18,036 bases of DNA. It comes from Fastidiosibacter lacustris (GTDB lineage Bacteria > Pseudomonadota > Gammaproteobacteria > Francisellales > Francisellaceae). This document shows positions 8,808 to 17,684 of this stretch, one piece after another. Position 1 is the stretch's first letter. Every line of letters begins with the position of its first letter. The notes beneath the pieces are model-generated. The model saw nothing but the letters and a program-made list of their open reading frames with translations. It was not told the origin of the DNA and did no database searches. A program made the translations under genes and the position numbers. The stretch lies in NCBI RefSeq assembly GCF_003428155.1, contig NZ_QLIR01000027.1, positions 1 through 18,036 of the forward strand, written 5' to 3'.

Positions 8808-9850
8808 ATGCATAATATTCAATATGATTTATTTAGTGATACCAATGTGAATCCCTATTATGCTATGCGTCAGATGATGAGTCGAGCAAAAGTTGGTAAT
8901 GAGGCAGCAGGGGAAGATCCAACCGTGAATTTACTTTTGGCACGGGTTTGTGAGTTACTGGGAAAGCCGGCGGCCGTTTTTATGCCAACCGGAACTATGT
9001 GTAGTGGTGTTGCTTATCGGGCTCTCTGTCAACCTGGAGAGAGAATTATTATTGAAAAAACTGCGCATCCATTGAAAATATGGCATCGGGGATGATTGGT
9101 GGGCTAGTTGGTGCTCAGCCACAGATCATTGAAGGAGTACGGGGAATATTCAATGTTGATCAGTTAAAACAGGCTGTGGGTCTTAATAGCGGATATAATA
9201 TTGCTAAAGCAACGGTTGTTTCAATAGAGCAGACAACAAACCTTGGTGGTGGTGCCGTTTGGTCATTGGAAACTATTAATAACATCTGCGAATATACACA
9301 TCATCATGGGCTTAAAGTACATATGGATGGTTCAAGACTTTTAAATGCGTGTATAGCAACAGGCATTAAAGCCAGTAGCTACTGTGAACATGTTGATTCA
9401 GTATCGATTGATTTTGCTAAAGGTCTGGGTGCCCCGATGGGCTCGGTTCTTGCCGGAAGTCAAGCATTTATTGATAAAGCTTGGTTTTATAAATTCCAGC
9501 AAGGCGGTGTTATGCATCAGGCAGGATTTATGGCTGCTGCCTGTATCTATGCGCTTGATCATAATATTCAACGATTGAGTCAGGATCATGCCAATGCCAG
9601 TTATTTTGCAGAGCGCTTATCTCAGCATCATGACATAGAGGTTATGACTGTCGAAACCAACATTGTTATTTTCACCCTAAACAGGCGAGACTCTTTTGAT
9701 GCGTATCAACTGCATCAAATACTTCTGCAAAAAGGTATCAGACTTTTAGCCTTAAATGATCGACAATTAAGGGCAATTTTTCACATGGATATACAAACTA
9801 AAAGTATCGATAAAATTATTAAAATCATTATCGGAGTATTACCAACATAA
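8808..9850 (+). pseudogene. Threonine-aldolase/beta-eliminating-lyase-like PLP enzyme split by a frameshift near 9065-9090
   Basis: ORF 8808-9095 (DLFSDTNVNP...GNEAAGEDPTVNLL...FMPTGTMCS) continues in another frame as SGMIGGLVGAQPQIIEG...HMDGSRLLNA...SIDFAKGLGAPMGSVLAG. Confidence 0.75.
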
Positions 9851-9880
9851 TAGCCAGGTAAAGTATCTGTTTTAGCCCTT

Positions 9881-10632
9881 ATGCAACCAGCGAAACTCAG
9901 TGAGTTATTAGTCATAGTATTAATAACACTTATCTTATTGGGTCAAATTTCTATGGACTTAAGCACTAAACCGAAACGCCATCGTTATCCTATCGAAATC
10001 ATTAACTCGGGAGTATGGTCATATCATCGATTCAATGACAGCTATCGCGATGTTGCAGAAAGACTAGCATTTAGAGGAATTCAAGTTAGTCATGAAACGA
10101 TTAGAAAGTGGTGCAATAAATTCTCAAACACTTTTAGTGATTTTATTAAAAAACAGCAACGTGAACCAACAGATAAATGGCATCTAGATGAGATGAACAT
10201 TACAGTAAATGGTGAGTATTTTATTCTCCGGCATGCAGTTGATTCCGAAGGATTGGAGTTGAATATCTTTGTACAAAAGCGTCGTAATAAAAAAGCAGCT
10301 ATTCGTTTTTTAAGAGGTTTACTTGGAAATTATCCTGACCCGAGAGTTTTGATTTCAGATAAGCTATCAAGTTATACTAGACCAGTTAATAATATGATAG
10401 CAAATACTGAGCACAGATCACACAATGACTTAAATAATCGCGTTGAAAATGCTCATCAAAACCGACGTGAAGAAAGGAGAACTCTCTGGTAAAGTTTAAA
10501 TCCCCTAGAGGTGTTCAGCAAACTGTTAATCTCATGGGCAAAGTGCGTAATATTTTTGCCATTCCAGTTGGTAGATATAAGAATTCCGCTAAAGAGCAAC
10601 GTTATCAATTTAAGTTGGCAAAAAAGATGTGA
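9881..10632 (+). pseudogene. IS6-family-like transposase, frameshifted near the C terminus
   Basis: RHRYPIEIINSGVWSYHRFNDSYRDVAERLAFRGIQVSHETIRKW...KWHLDEMNITVNGEYFILRHAVDSEG...ISDKLSSY...EHRSHNDLNNRVENAHQ. The C-terminal KFKSPRGVQQTVNLMGKVRNIF continues in another frame to TGA at 10630-10632. Confidence 0.82.
9888..9906 (+). repeat. 19-bp direct repeat CAGCGAAACTCAGTGAGTT, copy 2
   Basis: Exact match to 7806-7824. Confidence 0.7.
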
Positions 10633-10816
10633 AATCTAGCAGCACAAAATATTTGCGCCTAAAATTTATAATTCTGATCATGATACATCATGCAAAAGTT
10701 AAGTTGATGGTGCGTTTTTAGTTACGATTAATTACAAAATGTATCAATAGTAGTAATTGCCTTACACCCACATGTAGAGTTAATATCAAGCCGGTTTAAC
10801 AAAACAGGAGTAACTA

Positions 10817-11119
10817 ATGAAAAATTTAGCTAATAAGTTTGTCCTATTAACAATGTTTCTTGGAGTGTGTTCGGTTTATGCCTATTCGCATAAAGATGTT
10901 AAATTAGTGAATATCACTGACAGTATTATGGCAAAAGAATCGGTGTATAGAAAGATTAAGGATAATAATATACAGTTAACCAAAATATCAGATTTGTATA
11001 ATCAGGCGGTTCAAAAACTTTATGAGGAAAATGTTAGTACAACATATGTTGCGTCTGATGGAATCGTGCTTTATTTAAACAAAGATTTAGTTATAACAAG
11101 TTTAATACTTGATTATTAA
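10817..11119 (+). CDS. Small putative secreted/periplasmic protein, unknown function
   Basis: 100 aa with a signal-peptide-like N terminus (MKNLANKFVLLTMFLGVCSVYAYS) and an AGGAG SD just upstream. Confidence 0.55.
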   Translation: MKNLANKFVLLTMFLGVCSVYAYSHKDVKLVNITDSIMAKESVYRKIKDNNIQLTKISDLYNQAVQKLYEENVSTTYVASDGIVLYLNKDLVITSLILDY

Positions 11120-11143
11120 TTTACAGGAAGGCAATGGTTAATT

Positions 11144-11362
11144 ATGAAAAATATTTGTAGATCATTTATCTTATTTAATTTTGTATTATTTTCAATAGGA
11201 TTAGCTGCTGAAGATGTTAAAATTCAAGAAAAGAAGTCTTTACATTTTTGCACAACTGATTTGGAATTATCAAAAAATGATGGAAGGAATCCTTCTAATC
11301 TAGCAGATGATAACTTTAAAGTTCTTGCTTTAAACGATAAATGTAGCGGCTCGCTTTCATAA
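11144..11362 (+). CDS. Small putative secreted protein, unknown function
   Basis: 72 aa with a signal-peptide-like N terminus (MKNICRSFILFNFVLFSIGLAAED). It follows the previous gene closely. Confidence 0.5.
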   Translation: MKNICRSFILFNFVLFSIGLAAEDVKIQEKKSLHFCTTDLELSKNDGRNPSNLADDNFKVLALNDKCSGSLS

Positions 11363-11391
11363 TCACCCCGACCCGCTTTTATCGCTCAAAG

Positions 11392-11502
11392 TGGGACCAC
11401 ATTAATTGACTCTATAAATATTTTCTGACCCACATTAAATGACTTTATAAATTTCTCGACCCACATTATTTGCATCTGGGACCACATTAAATGATTTTAT
11501 CC
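11392..11502 (+). repeat. Four direct repeats containing CCACATTA: probable transposase-binding sites at the left end of the transposition module
   Basis: Core CCACATTA at 11397, 11430, 11461 and 11482 (spacing 33, 31, 21). Extended forms: TGGGACCACATTAATTGACTCTATAAATAT, TGACCCACATTAAATGACTTTATAAATT, CGACCCACATTATTTGCATC, TGGGACCACATTAAATGATTTTAT. Confidence 0.75.
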
Positions 11503-11519
11503 AGTGCGCTTAAAGTGTC

Positions 11520-11539
11520 AGAAAAACCCTCGTTTTTCT
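11520..11539 (+). terminator. Possible small hairpin AGAAAAA-CCCTCG-TTTTTCT upstream of the resolvase
   Basis: 7-bp perfect arms, AT-rich. It may be a weak terminator or part of a res-like region. Confidence 0.3.
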
Positions 11540-11652
11540 TGTAATTGCATATCCCCACAATATTTTATTGTTCACCAATAAGATTACCCGTTGAGAAAAT
11601 CAAAGCAAAGTGATATAGTTTTTGCAGTGTTTTATTGTGAGTTTGTCTTATC

Positions 11653-12279
11653 ATGTTAGTTGGTTATATTCGTGTTTCTAAATCAGATGGTAGTCAGGTC
11701 TTAGATTTACAGAAAGACGCCCTATACAAAGCTGGTGTGGAAGTGGACTACATGTATGAAGATCTTGCCTCTGGGCGCAAAGATGATCGCCCAGGCTTAA
11801 TCGCTTGTTTAAAAGCTTTACAGCCAGGCAACACACTTGTCGTTTGGAAGCTTGATAGACTTGGTCGCGACATGAAACACTTAATAAGTGTAATTGATGA
11901 TTTAAATCATAAGAAAATTGGGTTTAAAGTGCTAGCAGGTGCTGGTGCTGAAATTGATACGACAACGGCAAATGGACGTCTAGTATTTGGCATTTTTGCA
12001 GCCTTAGCAGAATTTGAACGTGAACTAATCAGAGAGAGAACTCAAGCAGGACTGGCTGCTGCAAGAGCCCGAGGTAGAAAAGGCGGGCGTCCTCGTAAGA
12101 TGGATATTCAAACTTTAAAAATGGCAATGTCCGCTATGTCTGATCGAAACTCAATTGCACATGAAATTGCCAAACGCCTAGGAATTACAACTACAACACT
12201 TTACGCCTATGTTAATGGTGATGGAACACCTAAAGAACTGGGTAGTAAATTGCTGAATAAAGTAGACTCTAATGGCTAA
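11653..12279 (+). CDS. Serine recombinase (Tn3-type resolvase/invertase family)
   Basis: 208 aa: MLVGYIRVSKSDGSQVLDLQKDAL...VVWKLDRLGRDMKHL...GRLVFGIFAALAEFERELIRERTQAGLAAARARGRKGGRP with a C-terminal HTH. Confidence 0.93.
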   Translation: MLVGYIRVSKSDGSQVLDLQKDALYKAGVEVDYMYEDLASGRKDDRPGLIACLKALQPGNTLVVWKLDRLGRDMKHLISVIDDLNHKKIGFKVLAGAGAEIDTTTANGRLVFGIFAALAEFERELIRERTQAGLAAARARGRKGGRPRKMDIQTLKMAMSAMSDRNSIAHEIAKRLGITTTTLYAYVNGDGTPKELGSKLLNKVDSNG

Positions 12280-13903
12280 ATCACTTCCCACTGAGCAATT
12301 AATCATCTTGCATAATAAAATGTCTATGTACGCAGCAAGAGATCCAAAAAGAAAGCAGTTGGTATGTGATTTTGCTAATAGCTTTGGGGTGTCTGAAAGC
12401 ACTGTTCGACGTCAATTGCGTGAACATATTCATTTTTCAAAGGTTTCTCGACTAGATAAAAACACACCAAGAGTTATTTCTAAGTCAGACATGTTGCTTT
12501 ATTGCAGAGTTATTGCTGCTTTAAAGCTTCGCACATCAAACAAGAAAAATAAACATTTATCAACTCAGCAGTGCATCAAGATTCTTGAAAATTATGGTGT
12601 TGAAACAGCTGAAGGATTCGTAATATCATCAAAAGGACTTTTAAAGAAAACAACCATAAATAGATATTTGAAAAACTGGGGGTATGATCCAACTTCTATG
12701 AAAGTTGAACCAGCAGTGGTTAGGTTTGAAGCCGAAAATAGTAATGACTGTTGGCAATTTGATTTTACGCCTTCAGACTTAAAGAAAATTTCTGCTAATA
12801 GCTCTAAAAAGCTATTCATTGCTAATGTTACTGATGATAAAAGTGGTATGTTGTATTATGAGTACGTTGAATCAGACGGTGAAGACGTGCTTACCGCATT
12901 GAAATTTTTATTTAATGCAATGTCTGCAAAGAAAATAGAAGGTATGCCATTTCAAGGGATCCCCAAAATGATCTATACGGATAATGGTGCTTTTGCAAAA
13001 AGCGCATTGTTTAAACGTGTTCTAGATGCCTTGGGAATTCAACTAAAGAAACACTTACCAAAAAATAAGGATGGGCGACGAACAACTGCCCGAGCAAAAG
13101 GAAAGGTTGAAAGGACAAATCGCACGATAAAAGAATCCTTTGAGCCTTTATTCCATTTACATCAACCAGAAAGCCTTGAGCAAGCCAATTTATGGGCGAC
13201 GAATTATTTGCGTCAATATAATCAGTCATCACATCGATCTGAGGATTGTAGCCGAATAAAAGCATGGTCAAAATTTTTACCCGCTGAAGGTTATAGAGAA
13301 ATGTGCTCTTGGGAAAAGTTTTGTCAAATTGTGCGCGATCCTGAATTAAGACGAGTTGCTTCAGATGGTTGCGTTAGTGTTAATGGTGTCAAATACCAAT
13401 TATCAACTGAGATGGCTGGATTAGAAGTAACTTTGCTACATGGCATGTTTGACAATGAGCTTCATGTTGAGTTTAACAGTGAAACACATGGACCTTTTTA
13501 CCCATTTTCCGGTCCAATTCCCTTACATACCTATAGGTCACCTCCTAAGAGCAAAAGAGAAAAGACAGCAGATGAAATAGCTAGCTTAGCTGAAACGCTT
13601 TCTGTACCAATATCTGTTATGTCTAACAGTAAAGATGATAGCATCCTCAAAAGCCTAGAAGCTTCACATGTTACTGATTGCCAAATTACATCAATACCAT
13701 TTAGAGAAGATAAGAAAACAACTTTTCAAAACAGATTAGAGGCAAAAAAAGCAATTGCTAAATATTTGAATAGACCATTGGCAGAATTAAGAGATGAGCA
13801 ATTAGATCATATTAATATGTTAGTTCAGGAGTCTCTAAATAAAGAGTTTTTACTCTCGAAAGTAAAGCAATATTTTTCTTTGTCAATTGCACAGCTTGAA
13901 TGA
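12272..13903 (+). CDS. Mu/TnsB/TniA-type DDE transposase
   Basis: 543 aa with HTH regions then an rve-type core: CWQFDFTPSD, KMIYTDNGAFAKS, TTARAKGKVERTNRTIKE. Overlaps the resolvase stop by 8 nt. Confidence 0.87.
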   Translation: MAKSLPTEQLIILHNKMSMYAARDPKRKQLVCDFANSFGVSESTVRRQLREHIHFSKVSRLDKNTPRVISKSDMLLYCRVIAALKLRTSNKKNKHLSTQQCIKILENYGVETAEGFVISSKGLLKKTTINRYLKNWGYDPTSMKVEPAVVRFEAENSNDCWQFDFTPSDLKKISANSSKKLFIANVTDDKSGMLYYEYVESDGEDVLTALKFLFNAMSAKKIEGMPFQGIPKMIYTDNGAFAKSALFKRVLDALGIQLKKHLPKNKDGRRTTARAKGKVERTNRTIKESFEPLFHLHQPESLEQANLWATNYLRQYNQSSHRSEDCSRIKAWSKFLPAEGYREMCSWEKFCQIVRDPELRRVASDGCVSVNGVKYQLSTEMAGLEVTLLHGMFDNELHVEFNSETHGPFYPFSGPIPLHTYRSPPKSKREKTADEIASLAETLSVPISVMSNSKDDSILKSLEASHVTDCQITSIPFREDKKTTFQNRLEAKKAIAKYLNRPLAELRDEQLDHINMLVQESLNKEFLLSKVKQYFSLSIAQLE

Positions 13904-13920
13904 TATATAAGGAGATTGAA

Positions 13921-14895
13921 ATGTATATTGAAGCAAATGAATTTTATGGGTTTGTTAAATTCTTTAATGATGCTGGTTACTATGAAACGCAAGCCCATAA
14001 AAGGATTTATAATGATATCACCGCACATATTCAATCTGGTGGGATATATGCATTAACTGGTTCAGTTGGCGCAGGTAAAACAAAGTTACTTAATAAAATC
14101 CAAAGCGATTTAGATAGTAAAAAACAAATTATCGTATCAAGATCTTTGACGACAGAAAAAAAATCTTTAACCATAAAAACACTGCTTGTGGCACTCTTTT
14201 ATGACCTCCTCAAAGGAGAAAAGGTTATCAAAATACCATCGGTTAGTGAAAAACGCGAGCGTGAGTTGATTGACCTTATAAAAAAGCACAACAAACCTGT
14301 CGCCTTATTGATTGACGAAGCTCATGATATACATGGTTTAACCTTACTTGGTCTTAAAAGACTTGTTGAAACAACCGCCTCACAAGGTTACAGACTGTCT
14401 ATTATTATGGCAGGTCATCCGAAGCTTGGTAACGCACTTTCAACAGCAGCGATGGAGGAAATAGGTGCGCGAACCAAAATATTTAACATTGATGATGCTA
14501 TTGGCGATAAAGAAAAATATATTATCTGGCTACTTAAAGAGTGCTTAGATCCGAAGAAAAAATACCAAGAAATTATTTCTCCAGAAGCTATTCAGAAGCT
14601 TGCAAGCTCATTACAAACACCTCTGCAAATTCAACATTATCTTACTCAGGCAATACAGTCGGGGCATCAATTAGGTGAAAAAATAATTACCCCAGAGTTG
14701 ATTGAACAAACATTAAGTTTCGATCTAAATTCATTAGAAGCTCAACTTGCACGAAAGGGTTATCAACTAAAAGATACCTGTGAGATGCTAAATGCAACAG
14801 CTAAGGAAGTGCAAGATTACTTACAGGGTAAGTCTAACTCCCCACGGAAAAATGAGTTTATCCAGAAATTGCGCAGTATTGGAATTTCAATATAG
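13921..14895 (+). CDS. TnsC/TniB/IstB/ExeA-like AAA+ transposition ATPase
   Basis: Walker A GSVGAGKTKLL, Walker B PVALLIDEAHD. The listed start at 13900 overlaps the upstream stop, but ATG 13921 is preceded by AAGGAG at optimal spacing. Confidence 0.87.
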   Translation: MYIEANEFYGFVKFFNDAGYYETQAHKRIYNDITAHIQSGGIYALTGSVGAGKTKLLNKIQSDLDSKKQIIVSRSLTTEKKSLTIKTLLVALFYDLLKGEKVIKIPSVSEKRERELIDLIKKHNKPVALLIDEAHDIHGLTLLGLKRLVETTASQGYRLSIIMAGHPKLGNALSTAAMEEIGARTKIFNIDDAIGDKEKYIIWLLKECLDPKKKYQEIISPEAIQKLASSLQTPLQIQHYLTQAIQSGHQLGEKIITPELIEQTLSFDLNSLEAQLARKGYQLKDTCEMLNATAKEVQDYLQGKSNSPRKNEFIQKLRSIGISI

Positions 14896-14904
14896 GTCAT
14901 TGAT

Positions 14905-15975
14905 ATGAACACTCTTACTACTCAAGAATTACCGGAATACACCACATTCCTCAAACAAGCAACAACTGAGATACATAAGTCATATATACGGACAGTGAGA
15001 TCAGTGAATAAAGAAGTAACTTCCCTTTATTGGTGGCTAGGCGAGCACATTGTTCAATATCAAGATCAATACGGGTGGGGCAAGTCGGTTGTTGAACGTC
15101 TATCCAAAGACTTGAAACAGAAATTTCCAAGCGCAAAATTTGGTTTTTCACCGCAAAACTTATGGTATATGAGGCAATTTTATCTTGAATATAACGGCAA
15201 ACCAGAACTCCAACAGCTTGTTGGAGAAATTCCATGGGGGCAAAATTTGCTCATCATGAGCAAGGTAAAAGAGGATAACAAAAAGCTGTATTATCTTCAG
15301 TCAACTAAAGATTTTGCTTGGACGCGTGATACACTACGTGACCAAATAAACTCAAATGCATATGAGCGGCATTACTTGGCAACTAAACATCATAATTTTG
15401 ACAGTACGCTCCCAAAGATGCTTGCAGAGCAGGCAGATCAATCTATGAAAGACGTTTACATGTTTGACATGTTGGGCATTGCTGAACCAGTTATTGAAAC
15501 TGAAATTGAGCGCCGTATGGTTGAAAAAATTAAAGATGTAATCATGGAATTAGGCTATGGGTTTAGCTTTATTGGCAATCAATATCGTATTGTAACGCCT
15601 GATTCAGAATATTTTATTGATCTATTGTTTTACCACAGAAAACTACAGGCCTTAGTAGCTTTGGAGCTAAAAAGGACTCGCTTTAAACCAGAGCATGCAG
15701 GCAAAATGAATTTTTACTTAAACCTTTTGGATGAGTTCGTTAAAGAGCCTAATGAAAATCCATCTATCGGCATTATTTTATGTGGCGAACACAGTAAATT
15801 TGACGTTGAATATGCTTTAAGAGGGATCGATAAACCGGTTGGTGTTGCAGGGTATCAGTTGACCCGTGATATACCTGAAAAACTAAGGGATGCTTTGCCT
15901 GATGCGACTCAATTAGAAGAAAAAATTCAGTTTGAGCTTGGTTTGAATCAAGATAAATCAGATGATAAACAATAA
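14905..15975 (+). CDS. DUF1016/YhcG-family PD-(D/E)XK nuclease-like protein
   Basis: 356 aa: N-terminal TVRSVNKEVTSLYWWLGEHIV and ...WGKSVVERLSKDL, plus C-terminal nuclease motif YFIDLLFYHRKLQALVALELKRTRFKPEHAGKMNFYLNLLDE. Starts 9 nt after the AAA+ stop. Confidence 0.87.
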   Translation: MNTLTTQELPEYTTFLKQATTEIHKSYIRTVRSVNKEVTSLYWWLGEHIVQYQDQYGWGKSVVERLSKDLKQKFPSAKFGFSPQNLWYMRQFYLEYNGKPELQQLVGEIPWGQNLLIMSKVKEDNKKLYYLQSTKDFAWTRDTLRDQINSNAYERHYLATKHHNFDSTLPKMLAEQADQSMKDVYMFDMLGIAEPVIETEIERRMVEKIKDVIMELGYGFSFIGNQYRIVTPDSEYFIDLLFYHRKLQALVALELKRTRFKPEHAGKMNFYLNLLDEFVKEPNENPSIGIILCGEHSKFDVEYALRGIDKPVGVAGYQLTRDIPEKLRDALPDATQLEEKIQFELGLNQDKSDDKQ

Positions 15976-16673
15976 AGTAAAGAGAACGCTTCCCGCTTCT
16001 ATCCTACGCCCATTTAAAGCGGACTGGGAAAAGACCAATTTATGCATAAATTTGGATAGTACGCGCACAAATGAATTGCTTCAATCAGTTTTGCCCAAAG
16101 ATCAACTTAAATCATATCATATCATATTATCCAAGGAGGCTGCGCTAATCTTAACCTCAAGTTGAAGTTAAATGATGAACGTATGAAACTTTTGCGTATT
16201 TATATTCGTGATCATCAAGCATCTTATCGAGAACATGCGATTGCCCAGCTAATACATAAAACCATTCCAGTTCCAATCATAGAAACAATTGGGACTAGCA
16301 AAGGACTAAAGTTTGCTTTATGCGAGTTTATGTCAGCTATAACCCTACGTGAACTATTACTCAGCAATCAAATATGATCTTGAAGCCATTATGTATCAGG
16401 TTGGTAAAGCACTTACAAACATTCAAAAAATCACCTTTCAAGTTTCAGGATTCTTTGATCAACAGCTTAAGATAATTGCATCTACTGCTGATAATGAATG
16501 TATCAAACTTGCCAGACGAGCATTAGAACACAAAACAGCAAAAATAGTGCTTTCTGAAGAGCTTATTTCAAGAATTACTCAATTGCTTTACAAGTACGAT
16601 AATTTAATCCAAAAAATCAATGGCGTGCAATTGGTGCACGGTGATTTTGGACCGGAAAATATTTTGGTAAATA

Positions 16674-17684
16674 ACGTGAGTTCGATATAAAAGATTGAAA
16701 TTTATTCATAAAAGAGATTCTAATCGGGTTGCTTGAGATCGCCTTAAATGCTATATCTAAAGCCCCAAAACACAAACAACCCTAATGGCTATGCTAGAGA
16801 CTATTTTTTGTTTTGTCGATGATTTTTGTGAAGAGTTTATCCCTGTATGGCAACAGCATTTGATTGAACATGCTCAGAAAAAACGAGAAAGACAAGGTAT
16901 GATGGCGTGGAGCGAGGTTATGACTATCATGATACTATTCCACCAGAGTCATTATCGTAATTTGAAGCACTTTTATTTGGATTATGTATGCACCCATATG
17001 AAAGATGCTTTCCCACGCACAGTAAGTTACAACCGCTTTGTTGAGTTACAAAAATCGGTATTGGTACCACTATGTTTTATGCTTCACCTGCTTAAGGGAG
17101 ATAAAACGGGAATTTATTTTATTGACTCGACACCCATCAAAGTTAGCCATATTAAGCGTGAGAAGCAACACAAAGTTTTTGATGGATTGGCTAAGAAATC
17201 AAAGTCTACAACAGGTTGGTTTTTTGGATTTAAGTTGCATCTAATTGTTAACGATAAAGGGGAAATCATAGCTTTTAAAGTGACTGCAGCGACAATAGAT
17301 GACCGTGTACCTGTTGAGGATTTAACCCGTGGGCTTATTGGCAAATTGGTTGGTGATAAATGGTATATCAAAAAGGCATTGTCGGAGCTCTTATTTGAAC
17401 GGGGGTTGCAACTGATTACACGAGTTAAAAAGAAAATGAAAAGTGGATTGGTTTCATTGATAGATAAAGCACTTTTAAGAAAACGCGCAATTATTGAGTC
17501 AGTGAATGATCAGCTTAAGAATATCAGTCAAATTGAGCACACAAGACATCGTTCGATTTGGAATTTCATGACAAATTTGCTGTGTGGTTTAGTTGCATAC
17601 TATTTTCAACCAAAAAAGCCAAGTTTACGTACTAAGCAGAACCGTGAGTTGATGGCATTGTGATCAATTATATCGAACTCACGT
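16674..17684 (+). mobile_element. IS982-family insertion sequence, about 1011 bp
   Basis: 17-bp perfect terminal inverted repeats ACGTGAGTTCGATATAA / TTATATCGAACTCACGT, with TAAATA(A) duplicated at 16668 and 17685. Removing the IS and one TAAATA restores GTA AAT AAG GTG AGT AAT CAA TGG in the host reading frame. Confidence 0.9.
16785..17663 (+). CDS. IS982-family transposase
   Basis: 292 aa: FIDSTPIKVSHIKREKQHKVFDGLAKKSKSTTGWFFGFKLHLIVNDKGE...LLRKRAIIESVNDQLKNISQIEHTRHRS. Confidence 0.93.
   Translation: MAMLETIFCFVDDFCEEFIPVWQQHLIEHAQKKRERQGMMAWSEVMTIMILFHQSHYRNLKHFYLDYVCTHMKDAFPRTVSYNRFVELQKSVLVPLCFMLHLLKGDKTGIYFIDSTPIKVSHIKREKQHKVFDGLAKKSKSTTGWFFGFKLHLIVNDKGEIIAFKVTAATIDDRVPVEDLTRGLIGKLVGDKWYIKKALSELLFERGLQLITRVKKKMKSGLVSLIDKALLRKRAIIESVNDQLKNISQIEHTRHRSIWNFMTNLLCGLVAYYFQPKKPSLRTKQNRELMAL

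Noticed and set aside
9860-10760. Terminal inverted repeats for the IS6-like element
   Set aside because: I could not find a convincing matching pair. TTTTAGCCCTTATGCAA and TTGCGCCTAAAA show only weak similarity.
13921-14895. IS21-type IstB as the family of the ATPase
   Set aside because: The separate serine resolvase, 543-aa Mu/TnsB-style transposase and multi-repeat end fit Tn552/Tn5053/Tn7-like organisation better, but IstB-like ancestry cannot be excluded without profile searches.
11653-15975. CRISPR-associated transposon (CAST) possibility
   Set aside because: TnsB- and TnsC-like genes are present, but no TniQ, Cas gene or CRISPR-like repeat-spacer array is visible in the window.
15988-16005. 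CCCGCTTCTATCC near the nuclease stop resembling CCCGCTTTTATCG at 11372 as a terminal repeat
   Set aside because: Short, imperfect and in direct rather than inverted orientation, so not credible as transposon ends.
15962-16165. ORFs 15962-16165, 16162-16377 and 16349-16690 as three separate genes
   Set aside because: They read as consecutive frame-shifted pieces of one APH-fold kinase-like gene.
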